Source: Clostridia bacterium
Lineage (GTDB): Bacteria > Bacillota > Clostridia > TANB77 > CAG-508
Assembly: GCA_030539215.1 (NCBI GenBank)
Contig: JAUNSM010000001.1
Location: 12,669 to 76,668 of the forward strand
Reading direction: 5' to 3'
Length of the DNA stretch: 64,000 bases
Both the position numbers and the translations under genes were made by a program. The notes under the pieces are model-generated. The model did not search any database. It was given only the letters and a program-made list of their open reading frames with translations, and was not told the DNA's origin. The first letter of the stretch is position 1. The number at the start of each line of letters is the position of its first letter. Shown one piece after another: positions 11,630-22,369 of this stretch.

Positions 11630-12825
11630 TTAGCAAGAACTTATTTTCCCATAAACTCCTCCACCGACCTTCTTTTATTTGCATTTTTCCTTCTCTAGCA
11701 GAAATTATAGAACGTGCTGTGCTTTCATTAATAACAGCTTGTATATCATCTTCAGATAATTTATGTAGTATGTTCATTTCTGTTTCAAAAGTGTCTAATA
11801 ATTTGTCTATTGTTTTCTTACCTATTCCAGGAATAAATGTAAGTGGTATTTGATATATATATTTTGGTCTATTTTCAGGACTTTGTGTTTGATTTTTATC
11901 TTTTATTGTTTCAATCCTATCATAAACTCCCATAGTTATATTTTTGCTATCACAAGTTTCACACAATGTTACTGGTGCTTTTCCACTTATGTTTTTTTTA
12001 CATACTTCACAATATGTTCTATGATATTTTCCGAAGCTTTGGGTCTAATCCATAATTTGCTATTATTTTTCTACCGTCTTCATTTTTTAAGGCTTTAACT
12101 AATTCTGTAAAACTTATATCTTCTACTAAAATTTTGTTATACTCTCTTGCAATTTTAGGTAGTGAATGTGCGTCAGAATTAGTTAGAAAGGTTTTTGACT
12201 CTAACTCTGATATTGTATCTGCTAAAAAAGTATCTGAGCTTAAACCTAATTCTATTGCCAATATTCTATCATATTTTTCTTTAAATATTTTTTGTAATCT
12301 ATCAGTACAATTTCCATAAAAACTTTTATGTGGTGTAAAACAATGTGCAGGTATTAGTATTCCATTATATTTTTCTACTATATCTAATAGGTTATATGCA
12401 GAAATATCTGCTCTTTGAGAACTTAAAGTAATATTTTTTATATGTGTACTCATTTCACTTGAAAACTTTTTTATATCTTCTAAATGAGGAAAAAAGCAAA
12501 TATTATGTGCACTTCCACATTTTCCATTTAAGCCAATTTCAGATGTTTCTATTTCACTTCCTAAAATTATACATACTTTATCTTTATATATAATTCCACC
12601 ATCTTTTATTTCATATGCTTCTCCTGTTTTTAAAAAACTTTCTATATCTTCTATTACATATGGAGATGCTGAGTCTATAATTCCAACTATATCTATTCCT
12701 TTTCTTTCTCTGCATTCCTTTGCTATATTTGCAAAATTTAAAGATCTTGCTGCTGTTATTTTTATTGGTTTGTTATTTTGACTTCTTCCTATATGTACAT
12801 GCAAATCTGCAAAAATTTCATACAT
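11630..12825 (-). CDS. Endonuclease Q-like PHP-domain protein (TIGR00375-like); two +1 shifts at CGG (12033-12031 and 11666-11664)
   Basis: N-terminal DLHVHIGRS PHP motif. ctt-C-gga restores ...NYGLDPKL-GKYHRTYCEVCKK...CETCDS (zinc ribbon). The second site would give the C-terminus ...KEG-GGGVYGKISSC; this one is less certain. Confidence 0.6.
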
Positions 12826-12889
12826 TTAATTTACCACCTTTAACAAAATTTTAGGTTGCAACTTTGCAACCTTTTTATTCTTTACATTA

Positions 12890-13081
12890 TTATAAAAACA
12901 ATTCATTGCTATTTTCTATTATAGTTTTCGTTCCATTTTTTAAATCTCGCCTAATTTTTTTTGTTTCCTCAACTGTTTTAGGTGCTATTTCTAATACAGT
13001 TTTTAAATATTCTGCTTCTGATAAATTTCCAGCTTTATTTCCTAAAGCAGTTAAAGGGTTAAATTTCCAAGGATCAATCAT
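12890..13081 (-). CDS. Hypothetical small protein
   Basis: 63-aa ORF overlapping the upstream gene by ATGA. No family recognised. Confidence 0.35.
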   Translation of the reverse strand: MIDPWKFNPLTALGNKAGNLSEAEYLKTVLEIAPKTVEETKKIRRDLKNGTKTIIENSNELFL

Positions 13082-13632
13082 ACCTTTATCTCCTTTACAA
13101 TATTTATAAAATCCTTAAATTTGTCTAAATAAACATTATTGCAGTTTTTTAAATTTCTACTTTCCAAAAGTATTAATGCTTCTTCTATCGGAAAAGCTAT
13201 TCTTTCTGGTCTATCTAAAAGCATACCTCCAAATTGATCCGCTAATTCTAAAATGTCACTTTCTTTTTTTCTAGGGAGATTATTACTATACCTGTTATGT
13301 TGTTCACATATTGTACAAAATTCTTTTGAAAATCCTAATGTAGATAAATATTTTGCTCCTTCTATTGCATAATTCTTTATTTTTTCTATATCTTGTGCAT
13401 TGTTTATTTTTTTACATCCACATAATAACATTGCTGTAACAACTAAATTCTCATCAATATCAATATCCATAGATTCGATAAACATTTTTGCAATTATTGC
13501 TTTAAAAATTACGGAATTATCAAAATAGATACTAGTTTTTTTACTTAAATAATATACTATTTCTATTTTTTTTCCGAAATCTTTTTCTGCTAAAATGTAG
13601 TCTGCAAATGTATCCATTTTTTTTGCCTCCAC
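13078..13632 (-). CDS. Hypothetical protein
   Basis: 184-aa ORF with an RBS. No confident family assignment from sequence alone. Confidence 0.45.
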   Translation of the reverse strand: MEAKKMDTFADYILAEKDFGKKIEIVYYLSKKTSIYFDNSVIFKAIIAKMFIESMDIDIDENLVVTAMLLCGCKKINNAQDIEKIKNYAIEGAKYLSTLGFSKEFCTICEQHNRYSNNLPRKKESDILELADQFGGMLLDRPERIAFPIEEALILLESRNLKNCNNVYLDKFKDFINIVKEIKV

Positions 13633-13719
13633 AAAATTTTCTATAATAATTCATAATTATTATATTCTAAAAAAACTCTTGTTTCAACAATGTTATACAA
13701 AAGTAACAGTAATGTAATT

Positions 13720-14161
13720 TTATTGTAATAATTTTTCTGTTTCTGCTCTTGCTAATTCATCACATCTATTATTAAATTTATTATCACTATGTCCTTTTAC
13801 TTTTACAAAGGTAACTTTATGAATTTTCGTAAGATTATATAAGTTTTCCCAAAGTTCTTTATTTTTGACAGGTTCTTTATTTGCTGTTTTCCAATTGTTT
13901 TTTATCCAATTATATATCCATCCATTTGTAAAACTATTTACTACATAAGCACTATCACTATATACTTCTACTTTACATGGTCTTTTTAAAAGCTTTAGTC
14001 CTTCAATAACTGCCGTTATTTCCATAATATTATTAGTTGTTTTTTTATTCCCTCCACTAATCTCCCTTTTTACATCATTGTACATAAGTATAGCTGCCCA
14101 ACCACCTGGTCCAGGATTACCGTGAACACGCACCATCTGTATATATCATTATTTTATCCAT
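13720..14161 (-). CDS. rnhA: Ribonuclease HI; needs a +1 shift at in-frame CGG (14122-14120)
   Basis: The true ATG at 14161 gives [13 protein letters not shown], then tca-C-ggt continues into [12 protein letters not shown], the universal RNase HI N-terminus. The rest is track ORF 13720..14136. Confidence 0.9.
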
Positions 14162-14244
14162 ACTATCCTCCAATTTGTATTTTCTTTATCTTTGTGATAT
14201 TATATCAGTAAATAAATTAATTTTGCAATAATTTGGGAGATATT

Positions 14245-15462
14245 ATGAGTAAAATATTAGGTATAATAGCTGAATATAATCCATTTCATTACGGCCATTT
14301 GTACCATATTCAACAATCTAAAAAATTAATTAATCCTGATTATACTGTATGTGTAATCAGTGGTAATTTTGTACAACGTGGAGAACCTTCATTAATTGAT
14401 AAATGGTCTAAAACACAAATTGCTTTAAAGTATGGTTTTGATATGGTTATTGAATTGCCTACTGTTTATAGTATATCAAGTGCAGAAAATTTTGCAGAAG
14501 GAGCTATTAAAATTTTAGATGTTTTTGATGATGTTACTCTTTCGTTTGGTAGTGAAGTTGGAGATTTATCAATCTTAAATGAATTTGTTGACATATTATG
14601 GAATGAACCTAAAGAATATTTAACAATTTTAAGACATGAACTTGCCAAAGGTATATCATATCCTAAAGCAAGAGATAATGCTTTAATGTTATATCTTAAT
14701 AATGTAAGAAAATATGCTAATGTATTATCTAATCCAAATAATATTTTAGCAATTGAATATTTAAAAGCAATTAAGAAATTGAAAAGTAAAATTAAACCAA
14801 TTACAATTAAAAGAATAGGAACAGAATATAATAGTTTAATTTTAAATGGTAATTTTGCTAGTGCAACAGCAATTAGAAATTTAATTAATAATAATAAAGA
14901 CATTAAAAGTTTATTACCTAAAACTTCTTTTAAAATAGTATCTCAAAATACAAAATATGGTAAAATAATTAAAAATTTATATGCTTTTGAAAAAGAGATT
15001 ATATATACTTTAAGAAAAATGAGTATTGAAGAAATACATAATTTACAAGATGTTTCTGAAGGGTTAGAAAATTTAATTAAACAAGCTGCTAATTCTTGTA
15101 ATAACTTAGAAGATTTAATAGATATTGTAAAAACTAAAAGATATACTCGTTCCAGAATTCAAAGAATTTTACTGTATGCATTATTAAATATAACAAAAAA
15201 AGATATTCAGATTTCTTATAAAACAAAACCATATATTAGGGTTTTAGGAATAACTTCTCGTGGAAAATCGCTCTTAGCTGAAATAAATAATTCTAAATGT
15301 TCTGTTATAACATCTTTAAAAAAATTTATAATTATAAATGATAACAAAGTTTTAAAAAATATGTTGGAAAAAGATATTCTCGCTACAAATATATATACAT
15401 TGGGATATGAGTATGATTCAAAAGCCAATTTAGACTATACACAAAAGTTAATTATAGAATAA
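14245..15462 (+). CDS. tmcAL: tRNA(Met) cytidine acetate ligase / UPF0348 nucleotidyltransferase
   Basis: MSKILGIIAEYNPFHYGHLYHI, then GNFVQRGEP and ELP motifs of the YlbM/TmcAL family. ATG at 14245 follows gggag. Confidence 0.8.
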   Translation: MSKILGIIAEYNPFHYGHLYHIQQSKKLINPDYTVCVISGNFVQRGEPSLIDKWSKTQIALKYGFDMVIELPTVYSISSAENFAEGAIKILDVFDDVTLSFGSEVGDLSILNEFVDILWNEPKEYLTILRHELAKGISYPKARDNALMLYLNNVRKYANVLSNPNNILAIEYLKAIKKLKSKIKPITIKRIGTEYNSLILNGNFASATAIRNLINNNKDIKSLLPKTSFKIVSQNTKYGKIIKNLYAFEKEIIYTLRKMSIEEIHNLQDVSEGLENLIKQAANSCNNLEDLIDIVKTKRYTRSRIQRILLYALLNITKKDIQISYKTKPYIRVLGITSRGKSLLAEINNSKCSVITSLKKFIIINDNKVLKNMLEKDILATNIYTLGYEYDSKANLDYTQKLIIE

Positions 15463-15502
15463 GAAAAGAAAATAGCAGTTTCTAAGACTGCTGTTTTTTC
15501 GA

Positions 15503-16229
15503 TTATTCTTCCCAGTTATGATATACATCCATTACATCATCTAAATCATCTAAATTATCTATTAATTTTTGCATTCTTTCACTTGCTTTCTCATCTAATG
15601 ATATGTATGTAGTTGGAATCATTTGCACTTCAGCTTGTAAAAACTCTATTCCTTGTTTTTCTAAAGCTTCTCTTACAGTTGTAAAATCTGTTGGAGCTGT
15701 AGTAATTTCATAATATTCTTCTTCAGCTTCAAAATCCTCTGCACCATTATCTATTGCTAAAAGCATTAATTCATCTTCTGATAAATTTGCTTTTGTTTTA
15801 TCTATTACAATAACACCTTTTTTATTAAATAAATATGATACGCAACCACTTGTACCTAAATTTCCTCCTGATTTATCAAAAACATGCCTTAAATCTGCAG
15901 CTGTTCTATTTTTATTGTCTGTTGAAACATTAACAATTAATGCAACTCCATTTGGTCCATATCCTTCATAAGTAATCTCCTCATAGTTTTGGCTATTTCC
16001 AGCTCCCGAAGCTTTTTTTATAGCATTATTTATAGTATCATTTGGCATATTGTTTGCTTTTGCCTTTGCTATAACATCCTTCAATTTTGAATTTCCTGAA
16101 GGATCTGCTCCACCTTCTTTTACAGCTATTAATAATTCTCTTCCTAATTTAGTAAATATTTTTCCTCTTGCGCTATCCACTTTCCCTTTTCTTGCTGCAA
16201 TATTATGCCATTTGCTGTGACCGTGACAT
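15503..16229 (-). CDS. yebC: YebC/PmpR family transcriptional/translational regulator; +1 shift at codon 3 (CGG 16223-16221)
   Basis: ggagg RBS, then atg tca C ggt cac agc aaa tgg. This gives [15 protein letters not shown], the invariant YebC N-terminus. The track ORF only reaches it through an out-of-frame upstream extension. Confidence 0.9.
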
Positions 16230-16540
16230 ATTCTCACTCCTCCTTTAATTTTTCTTAGTATTATCAAGCCTTTCAGCTTGTTGTATCAATGTTTTCATTG
16301 TTTCTTGAGTTTATTGAAACTTATTGATTTTAAAGGGTTTTTATGGATGCTTATTGATATGATTACGCTCAAATTGTGCTAAAATTGTGTTAAAATATTT
16401 TATGTACACCAAACTCCCCTTTGCTATTTTGTAAAAAAGAATACACTTTTTTACTTTTTTTATTTTAGCATATTTTTACATATTTGTGTAGTATTTTACA
16501 AATATTTTTTGTATTTTACTCATTCTAGTTGTATGATTTT

Positions 16541-16873
16541 TTATAGTTCTTCTTCTTCTGACAATATTTCATTTTTTTCTTTATCATATCCAGGCTCAAA
16601 TTCAAATGGATTTAAGTCATATTTTTTATAATTGTTTACAAATTTGAATAACTGCTCTTTATCCATTTCGCAAATTCTTTTTAACCATATATTAGATAAC
16701 AGTGAGGGTTTACCATCTTTTTTCTTTAATGTTTTCTTCAATAAATTTATGTCATTTAGGAAATCATAATATCCTTTGCATTCTCGTGTTTGATAAACCT
16801 TTTTATTTAATATAGGAAGATAATCTTTATATGCAAGTCCATATGTTACTGCTTTATACTCTTTTTTTTTCAT
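16541..16873 (-). CDS. Hypothetical protein, acidic C-terminal tail (SEEEEL)
   Basis: Last gene of the co-directional array. Probable start is MKKKEYK at 16873, just after the upstream stop codon. Confidence 0.6.
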   Translation of the reverse strand: MKKKEYKAVTYGLAYKDYLPILNKKVYQTRECKGYYDFLNDINLLKKTLKKKDGKPSLLSNIWLKRICEMDKEQLFKFVNNYKKYDLNPFEFEPGYDKEKNEILSEEEEL

Positions 16874-16874
16874 T

Positions 16875-17219
16875 TTATGACTCCATTTCTTGTTCCTCAT
16901 TTTCTTCTATTTCCTCAAATTTTATTTTGCTTAGAAATGTTTCTAACATTACTTCATCAAAAGTTTCTGGTAAACTATATGCAATCAGATTAATATCTAA
17001 AAATTTATTAAATATTTTGTTTAGTATATCTGTATCTTTTTCTAAAATATTTTTAAATAAATTTGTTTCAACAATTTCTTCAAGTAGTGTATTTTTAATA
17101 TTATTAAATATTCTATATTTATAAATTGCATTGTCAAAATCTTCATTAGAACATACTCTTATTTCTTCTCTAACTCTATTTATTTGATTATTCAAGTTGT
17201 TTTCAATCTCATCATTCAT
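16875..17219 (-). CDS. Hypothetical D/E-rich protein
   Basis: Minus-strand ORF tiling with its neighbours. Ends EENEEQEMES. No family recognised. Confidence 0.6.
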   Translation of the reverse strand: MNDEIENNLNNQINRVREEIRVCSNEDFDNAIYKYRIFNNIKNTLLEEIVETNLFKNILEKDTDILNKIFNKFLDINLIAYSLPETFDEVMLETFLSKIKFEEIEENEEQEMES

Positions 17220-17221
17220 TA

Positions 17222-18100
17222 TTATTTTTCCCTTTCCTCAATGTATTCTTCTAAACAAATATCTAATTCTTCATCTATATATGATAATATTTGATACATT
17301 TTTTCATTTTTTACCATTTCATCTGTAGGAAATATAACTATACTTTTATTAGATTGATATGGTACTTCAATTCTCAATCCTCTATTTGTAAATTCAAAGA
17401 TTGCAATATAATCAAGTCCTTTTATTGTTGTTTTATGGTTTGCTATCAGAATTTCAAATATTGGATCATTTTCTCTCACTAATAGTTTTTGTTTTGTAAA
17501 TTCTTTTAAACATTCCTCTATTGTTAAATATGTATAATCTTGTATTATTTTTTCAGAATACTTACATTTTGAAAAAATAATTTTTTCACTTATTGTTTTA
17601 ACATCAAAGTCAAATGTTCCCCCTTCAAGAATATTTGCTTTATCTTCAAGTTCTAATTTTTCTTGCAATTTATATTCAATTATCGAAGCATAAGTTAGGT
17701 CAACACCATTTTTTATATAGTTTTTAGCATATTGTATTGCTTTTTCTTTTTCTAAAAAAGCAATAACATTTTCGTCATAATGTCCATTATATCCTTCTGT
17801 ATTATTACATATCACTCCTACTTCAAGCCTATATACAGTATTGTTATTAGAAATTTTTTCTGCTTCTTCAATTGTACTTTTATAGAAAATATTGTTATTA
17901 ATTTTAATTGTATCTTCACATTGCTTTTTTTGATTTTCTATAATTTCTTGGTACTCATTATCATAAAAATCATTTATTGAAACAGGATACATTCCATCGT
18001 TATGTGTTTCTGGATATTCTTGGACATAGTTATTATAATAGACAAGTAGACTTAACAATTCTTCTTTTGTAAGGTCGCCAAAATTTATATTTTTATTCAT
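17222..18100 (-). CDS. Hypothetical D/E-rich protein
   Basis: 292-aa ORF overlapping the upstream gene by 8 nt. No family recognised. Confidence 0.65.
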   Translation of the reverse strand: MNKNINFGDLTKEELLSLLVYYNNYVQEYPETHNDGMYPVSINDFYDNEYQEIIENQKKQCEDTIKINNNIFYKSTIEEAEKISNNNTVYRLEVGVICNNTEGYNGHYDENVIAFLEKEKAIQYAKNYIKNGVDLTYASIIEYKLQEKLELEDKANILEGGTFDFDVKTISEKIIFSKCKYSEKIIQDYTYLTIEECLKEFTKQKLLVRENDPIFEILIANHKTTIKGLDYIAIFEFTNRGLRIEVPYQSNKSIVIFPTDEMVKNEKMYQILSYIDEELDICLEEYIEEREK

Positions 18101-18449
18101 TTTCTAATGTTCCCTCATTTTCTTTATATATTTCTTCTAATGAGCAGAAATCCATAAGTTCTACAACGCATTCTATTAAATCAGATTCATTTGAATCTTC
18201 AAGTGCTACTAACGATATTTCTTTTGTTGAATATGCTCTTGAAATTTTATGTGCAATAAATGCTAAACTCATATGTTCTGTATCTTCACTTCTCCAAGCT
18301 GAATTAATAACATCATATAATCTTTTCACTTCATCTAATGTTGCATCTTTATTTTCACTATATATTTCTTTTATAATTTCTATATCTGTAAAACGCATTT
18401 TCTGTTCAGGAGTAAGCATTTTAAATAATTCTATACTTCTTTCAATCAT
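18093..18449 (-). CDS. Hypothetical 118-aa protein, paralog of 42085..42441
   Basis: Same length as 42085..42441 and alignable with it (LT.E.K ... AY.T.E.SL.ALE.S ... LEE.Y). Confidence 0.65.
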   Translation of the reverse strand: MIERSIELFKMLTPEQKMRFTDIEIIKEIYSENKDATLDEVKRLYDVINSAWRSEDTEHMSLAFIAHKISRAYSTKEISLVALEDSNESDLIECVVELMDFCSLEEIYKENEGTLENE

Positions 18450-18493
18450 AATTTTTTTCTCCTATTCTTGAATTCTTTATATGGCTGATTAGT

Positions 18494-18724
18494 TTAACAT
18501 ATTTCGTTAATTTCTGATTCTTCATTATTAAAATACGTATTTCTAATATCTACTTCAGGCACATTTGGTAATAAATCACAAAGAAAATTATATTGTTTTA
18601 CTTCATCAAGATTTCCTGCATAATCTAGTATATTATTAATAAATTGTTCTACTAAAATACTGTTAGGAAAATTATAATAATTCTCTATTATGTGTTTCTT
18701 GAAGTTATTTTTACTAATTATCAT
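18494..18724 (-). CDS. Hypothetical small protein
   Basis: 76-aa ORF within the array. Confidence 0.5.
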   Translation of the reverse strand: MIISKNNFKKHIIENYYNFPNSILVEQFINNILDYAGNLDEVKQYNFLCDLLPNVPEVDIRNTYFNNEESEINEIC

Positions 18725-18762
18725 GTTATTTACCTCTTTATATATTGAATTTTATTTAATAT

Positions 18763-19617
18763 TTATAGTTCTTCTTCCTGATTACTTAAATCTATTCCAT
18801 AATCAAAAGCTATATCTTTAATTTTTTCTATTATTTCCATCTTTATATTTTCCCAATGGTCTTTCTTATGCAAATTATTTAATTCTACTACCTCTATTTC
18901 ATCTAACAATTTCTGTTTTAGTTCTGTTGTATAATCCTTATCAATCATTTCTATACCACATACTAACTGCTTTAATATTGTCTTATCAAAACTGTTGACT
19001 TTATCAATGAAGTTTATAAGTGATTCTGTATCGCGTACTTTTATTGATTGTTCTTCATTAATGAATCTGTTTTCAAAATAATCCTCAAAATGAGAATATC
19101 TTTCACAAAAAATTTTTAAATCTTGTTCCAAATTTTTTATTCTTTCTACATTTTCATTTAGACAATATTCAATTTCTAAGTCGATTTTTATTGCTTTATA
19201 ATTTTCATATATTTTCTCTAAACTATATGTTTGAATCAAATAATCTTCAGCAAACTTGCTTAAATATTTATAATCAATATTTTTATTAAATTCTTCAACA
19301 ACATTATCACAAAATTCTGGAAATTCTTCAAAATCCATACTGCCTAGAGATATTGTTGGCAATTCTTCTCTATCATTTTCTAATTTTCCAATATAATATG
19401 AAATTATTGCAACTTGTTCTTTTCTAAATTGCAAATTATTTTCCTCTTGAATTATATTAGTTATTTCATCCTCTAATTCATAATAATCTCTGCCATATAT
19501 TGCTGCTTCTGTTTCTTCTCCATTACGATCTTTGCTTGGAAGTTTTATATTATATTTACTTAGTAATTCTTCAAATGTATTAATTATTTTAATTGCTAGC
19601 TCTTTATTATCATCCAT
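18763..19617 (-). CDS. Hypothetical D/E-rich protein
   Basis: 284 aa. Ends NQEEEL. Confidence 0.65.
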   Translation of the reverse strand: MDDNKELAIKIINTFEELLSKYNIKLPSKDRNGEETEAAIYGRDYYELEDEITNIIQEENNLQFRKEQVAIISYYIGKLENDREELPTISLGSMDFEEFPEFCDNVVEEFNKNIDYKYLSKFAEDYLIQTYSLEKIYENYKAIKIDLEIEYCLNENVERIKNLEQDLKIFCERYSHFEDYFENRFINEEQSIKVRDTESLINFIDKVNSFDKTILKQLVCGIEMIDKDYTTELKQKLLDEIEVVELNNLHKKDHWENIKMEIIEKIKDIAFDYGIDLSNQEEEL

Positions 19618-19630
19618 TTATTAATACCTC

Positions 19631-20125
19631 CTATAATGATTCTTCTTGATAATTTAATTGTTCTTTTGACTGTTTATATAATTCTCTAATTTCTTCTATT
19701 TTTTTCTTGTATTCATCTTCACAAAAGAAAATTAGTTTTTCATTTTGTTTTCTAAATTCATTCCTGTTTTTTATTTTTGCCATTTCATCTATTTTAATTT
19801 GCATAGATGAATCTATTTGGTAATACTCAACAAAAATACTACAATATTTATAATATTTTTCTTGATAATTCTTATTTTTTAAACTTAAGTATAGTATTTT
19901 ATATTCTAGTAAATTTTTAAAGAACGAATTTTTGTCATATTTATTTATTAAAAAAATCAATCCAGCTGCATTTTCAGAGTTTAATTCTATATTATAATAA
20001 GTTAGCATATCTTCTGTTAATACACTAGCATTTTTGTGATTCATTAATAATTCTATATCTTCATCTTTCAAATAGTCTTTATATTGTTCTATGATTCTTT
20101 TTACGAATTTATTTTCTTTACTCAT
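19631..20125 (-). CDS. Hypothetical protein
   Basis: 164 aa. Ends YQEESL. Overlaps the upstream gene by 8 nt. Confidence 0.6.
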   Translation of the reverse strand: MSKENKFVKRIIEQYKDYLKDEDIELLMNHKNASVLTEDMLTYYNIELNSENAAGLIFLINKYDKNSFFKNLLEYKILYLSLKNKNYQEKYYKYCSIFVEYYQIDSSMQIKIDEMAKIKNRNEFRKQNEKLIFFCEDEYKKKIEEIRELYKQSKEQLNYQEESL

Positions 20126-20666
20126 TTTCTAACTCCTCTTCATTATTAATTTTATTTTCAATTAACTCATCAATATGCTTTTCTACTATCTGTCGAGGAT
20201 TTTGCATTTCCCAATCAATATCTTTATGTATGACCAAATAATCTAAAATCTCATTAAAATTGATTTCTTTATTATCGTTTATTTTATAAAGTTCGATGTA
20301 ATATCCTCCTTCATTTTCGTTACAATCGTTTATTACACAATAATATATATTCTTGTAAAAGTTAGACCTGAATTCTGGTATTTCTCTCTTATAGGTTTCG
20401 ATAAAAATTTGATTTATTTTACCTAATGCATCTCTAATATTTTGTGTCATAAAGTTATCTGTGGGTACAAAACTATCAATAGAAATCTCTGGTATACATT
20501 TAATAAATCCTTTTTCTATACTTTCTCTTGTTAGACATAAATCTTCATGTTCATTGATATATCTATAAGCATCTATTAATTTTGTTTTATATTCTTGTAA
20601 TTTTGATAAATCAGTAATTTTCGAATAATCAATTTGTAATATTCTTTTACAAGTATTAAAATCCAT
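20118..20666 (-). CDS. Hypothetical D/E-rich protein
   Basis: 182 aa. Ends EEELENE. Confidence 0.6.
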   Translation of the reverse strand: MDFNTCKRILQIDYSKITDLSKLQEYKTKLIDAYRYINEHEDLCLTRESIEKGFIKCIPEISIDSFVPTDNFMTQNIRDALGKINQIFIETYKREIPEFRSNFYKNIYYCVINDCNENEGGYYIELYKINDNKEINFNEILDYLVIHKDIDWEMQNPRQIVEKHIDELIENKINNEEELENE

Positions 20667-20667
20667 G

Positions 20668-21000
20668 TTATAATTCTTCCTCCTCTTCTATAGTATTATT
20701 AATTCTTTCTAAATGTTTAAAATGTTCTAAATAAAGCTCATCAAGACTTTTTAATGAATTATTGATTGTTTCCTCATAATAAATTATTGTTTCTTTTATA
20801 TTCTTTATTGTTTCTGGATCATCTTTATATATTTTTAGATTTTTTTTATTCAATTCTATTAATTTCAAATTTTTAAATATATAATTTACTTGACTTACAA
20901 CATCGGCCATATACATATATTCTTTAGCTTCATATTCGAATGATAATTTCGGAATATTAGTGTATTTTTCTAATTTACTCAATAAATTAATGTCTTTCAT
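20668..21000 (-). CDS. Hypothetical protein
   Basis: 110 aa. Ends EEEEEL. Confidence 0.6.
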   Translation of the reverse strand: MKDINLLSKLEKYTNIPKLSFEYEAKEYMYMADVVSQVNYIFKNLKLIELNKKNLKIYKDDPETIKNIKETIIYYEETINNSLKSLDELYLEHFKHLERINNTIEEEEEL

Positions 21001-21002
21001 AA

Positions 21003-21179
21003 TTAAAGGCTCTCTTCTAGTTCATTCTTTAATTCAATACCTAATATTTTCATTTCTTTTTTAGATAATCCAATAATGTTTATAAAAGTATTGTACTCAT
21101 CTTCTTCTGTTATGCAATGTTCACTAACATATTCTAATAACTTATCAATAATTTCATTTTTTCTATTACTATCTATCAT
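21003..21179 (-). CDS. Hypothetical 58-aa protein (below the ORF-track cutoff)
   Basis: My own translation: MIDSNRKNEIIDKLLEYVSEHCITEEDEYNTFINIIGLSKKEMKILGIELKNELEESL. Its ATG overlaps the upstream TGA (ATGA) and its stop lies 2 nt before the next ATG. Confidence 0.5.
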   Translation of the reverse strand: MIDSNRKNEIIDKLLEYVSEHCITEEDEYNTFINIIGLSKKEMKILGIELKNELEESL

Positions 21180-22147
21180 TGTAAATTTTCCTCCCCTTCT
21201 AAGCTTTCTAAGGAATCCTCTGGTATTTCAAATTCATATATTAAATAATAAACTCCTTTTGAATAGTTCTTATCAAAAAAATGCCATATGTCTTCTTTAG
21301 TAGTTTCTCCAGGAGTAAAGTAAAGAAATGTATCACCAAGTTTTTCTTCTCCCTGTTCATCGATATCAAAAGGTATATCTTCTAACTGTTTCCAGTAGAT
21401 TTCAAGCAATTCATCTTTATATGGCTGTGTAAATTCATAAGCTAGCCCATTGCAATTTCTAGTTTGAATAATTCCTTTATTTATTAATAAATTTAATTCA
21501 TCAGCAGTATATTTTTTTATTATGTCTGCATTGGCTGGTATCATCCCTTCATAAATCAAATTGTCCTTAATAAAAGATTCTGTAAATATTTTAATTAATT
21601 CTTTTTCTTTTTTTAAAGTAGAGTCATAATCTTTTTCTGATTGAGCTTCCTTAATATTCATTGACGTCATATTGTTTAATTTTTCACTTACAATTTCATA
21701 TATTTTGCTATTTATAGAATCATAATCTCCCATAAGGTACTTATCGTTGCATATTCCATCTGTTATTGAATCAACAATACTGACTGTAATTTCCCCTTGT
21801 TCCAGTTTTTCGACAAAGTAATCAGATATATAAGCCAATATGTCAGATTTTATGTTATTAAAGAAAGTGAAAGATAAAGAACCAATATAGTTATCAATAT
21901 TTTTTGGAGTCAATATTTCAATATCTTGTATAGATTTATCTTTTATTAAAACTTGATTTACCCCTGGAGCATTTATTAATTGAGTAGTTTTAGTATCTTC
22001 TACTTCAAATAACACATCTCCACTTTTTAATGCGTTTTTAGCCCACTCTCTTGCTTCTTCAAATGTTTTCGCATCTACTCCAATTACTCTTTTATTTATT
22101 TCAATTATTTCTATATCATATATTTCGTTATTTCCTTCATTGTTCAT
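21176..22147 (-). CDS. Hypothetical protein with a DpnD/PcfM-like N-terminal domain
   Basis: The N-terminus (YDIEIIEINKRVIGVDAKTFEEAREWAKNALKSGDVLFEVED) resembles the small DpnD/PcfM domain of Gram-positive conjugative plasmids. Assigned from memory of the family. Confidence 0.55.
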   Translation of the reverse strand: MNNEGNNEIYDIEIIEINKRVIGVDAKTFEEAREWAKNALKSGDVLFEVEDTKTTQLINAPGVNQVLIKDKSIQDIEILTPKNIDNYIGSLSFTFFNNIKSDILAYISDYFVEKLEQGEITVSIVDSITDGICNDKYLMGDYDSINSKIYEIVSEKLNNMTSMNIKEAQSEKDYDSTLKKEKELIKIFTESFIKDNLIYEGMIPANADIIKKYTADELNLLINKGIIQTRNCNGLAYEFTQPYKDELLEIYWKQLEDIPFDIDEQGEEKLGDTFLYFTPGETTKEDIWHFFDKNYSKGVYYLIYEFEIPEDSLESLEGEENLQ

Positions 22148-22369
22148 TTTCTTTCACTTCGCTTTCTTCTACTTTTTCATTGTTTAAAAATTTTTGTATG
22201 TTATTTTCATATTCAAACATTCTTCCCATTCTTCAAATGTACGAATTTCTTTTAGATTATTTACTTTATATATTCTCGGTTCACTTTCCCAGCATAATTC
22301 ACTTTCAATATTAGTATCACGATACAATACTTCATATTTTTTTCCTGATTATTAATAATTAACATCTAA

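Noticed and set aside
6681-16229. guaA, guaB, spoIIM, rnhA, yebC and the EndoQ-like gene as genuine decaying pseudogenes
   Set aside because: Each carries only the same single-nucleotide lesion type (C before a Gly codon). There are no other stops, deletions or substitutions in conserved motifs. Simultaneous loss of several housekeeping genes by one identical mutation type is implausible.
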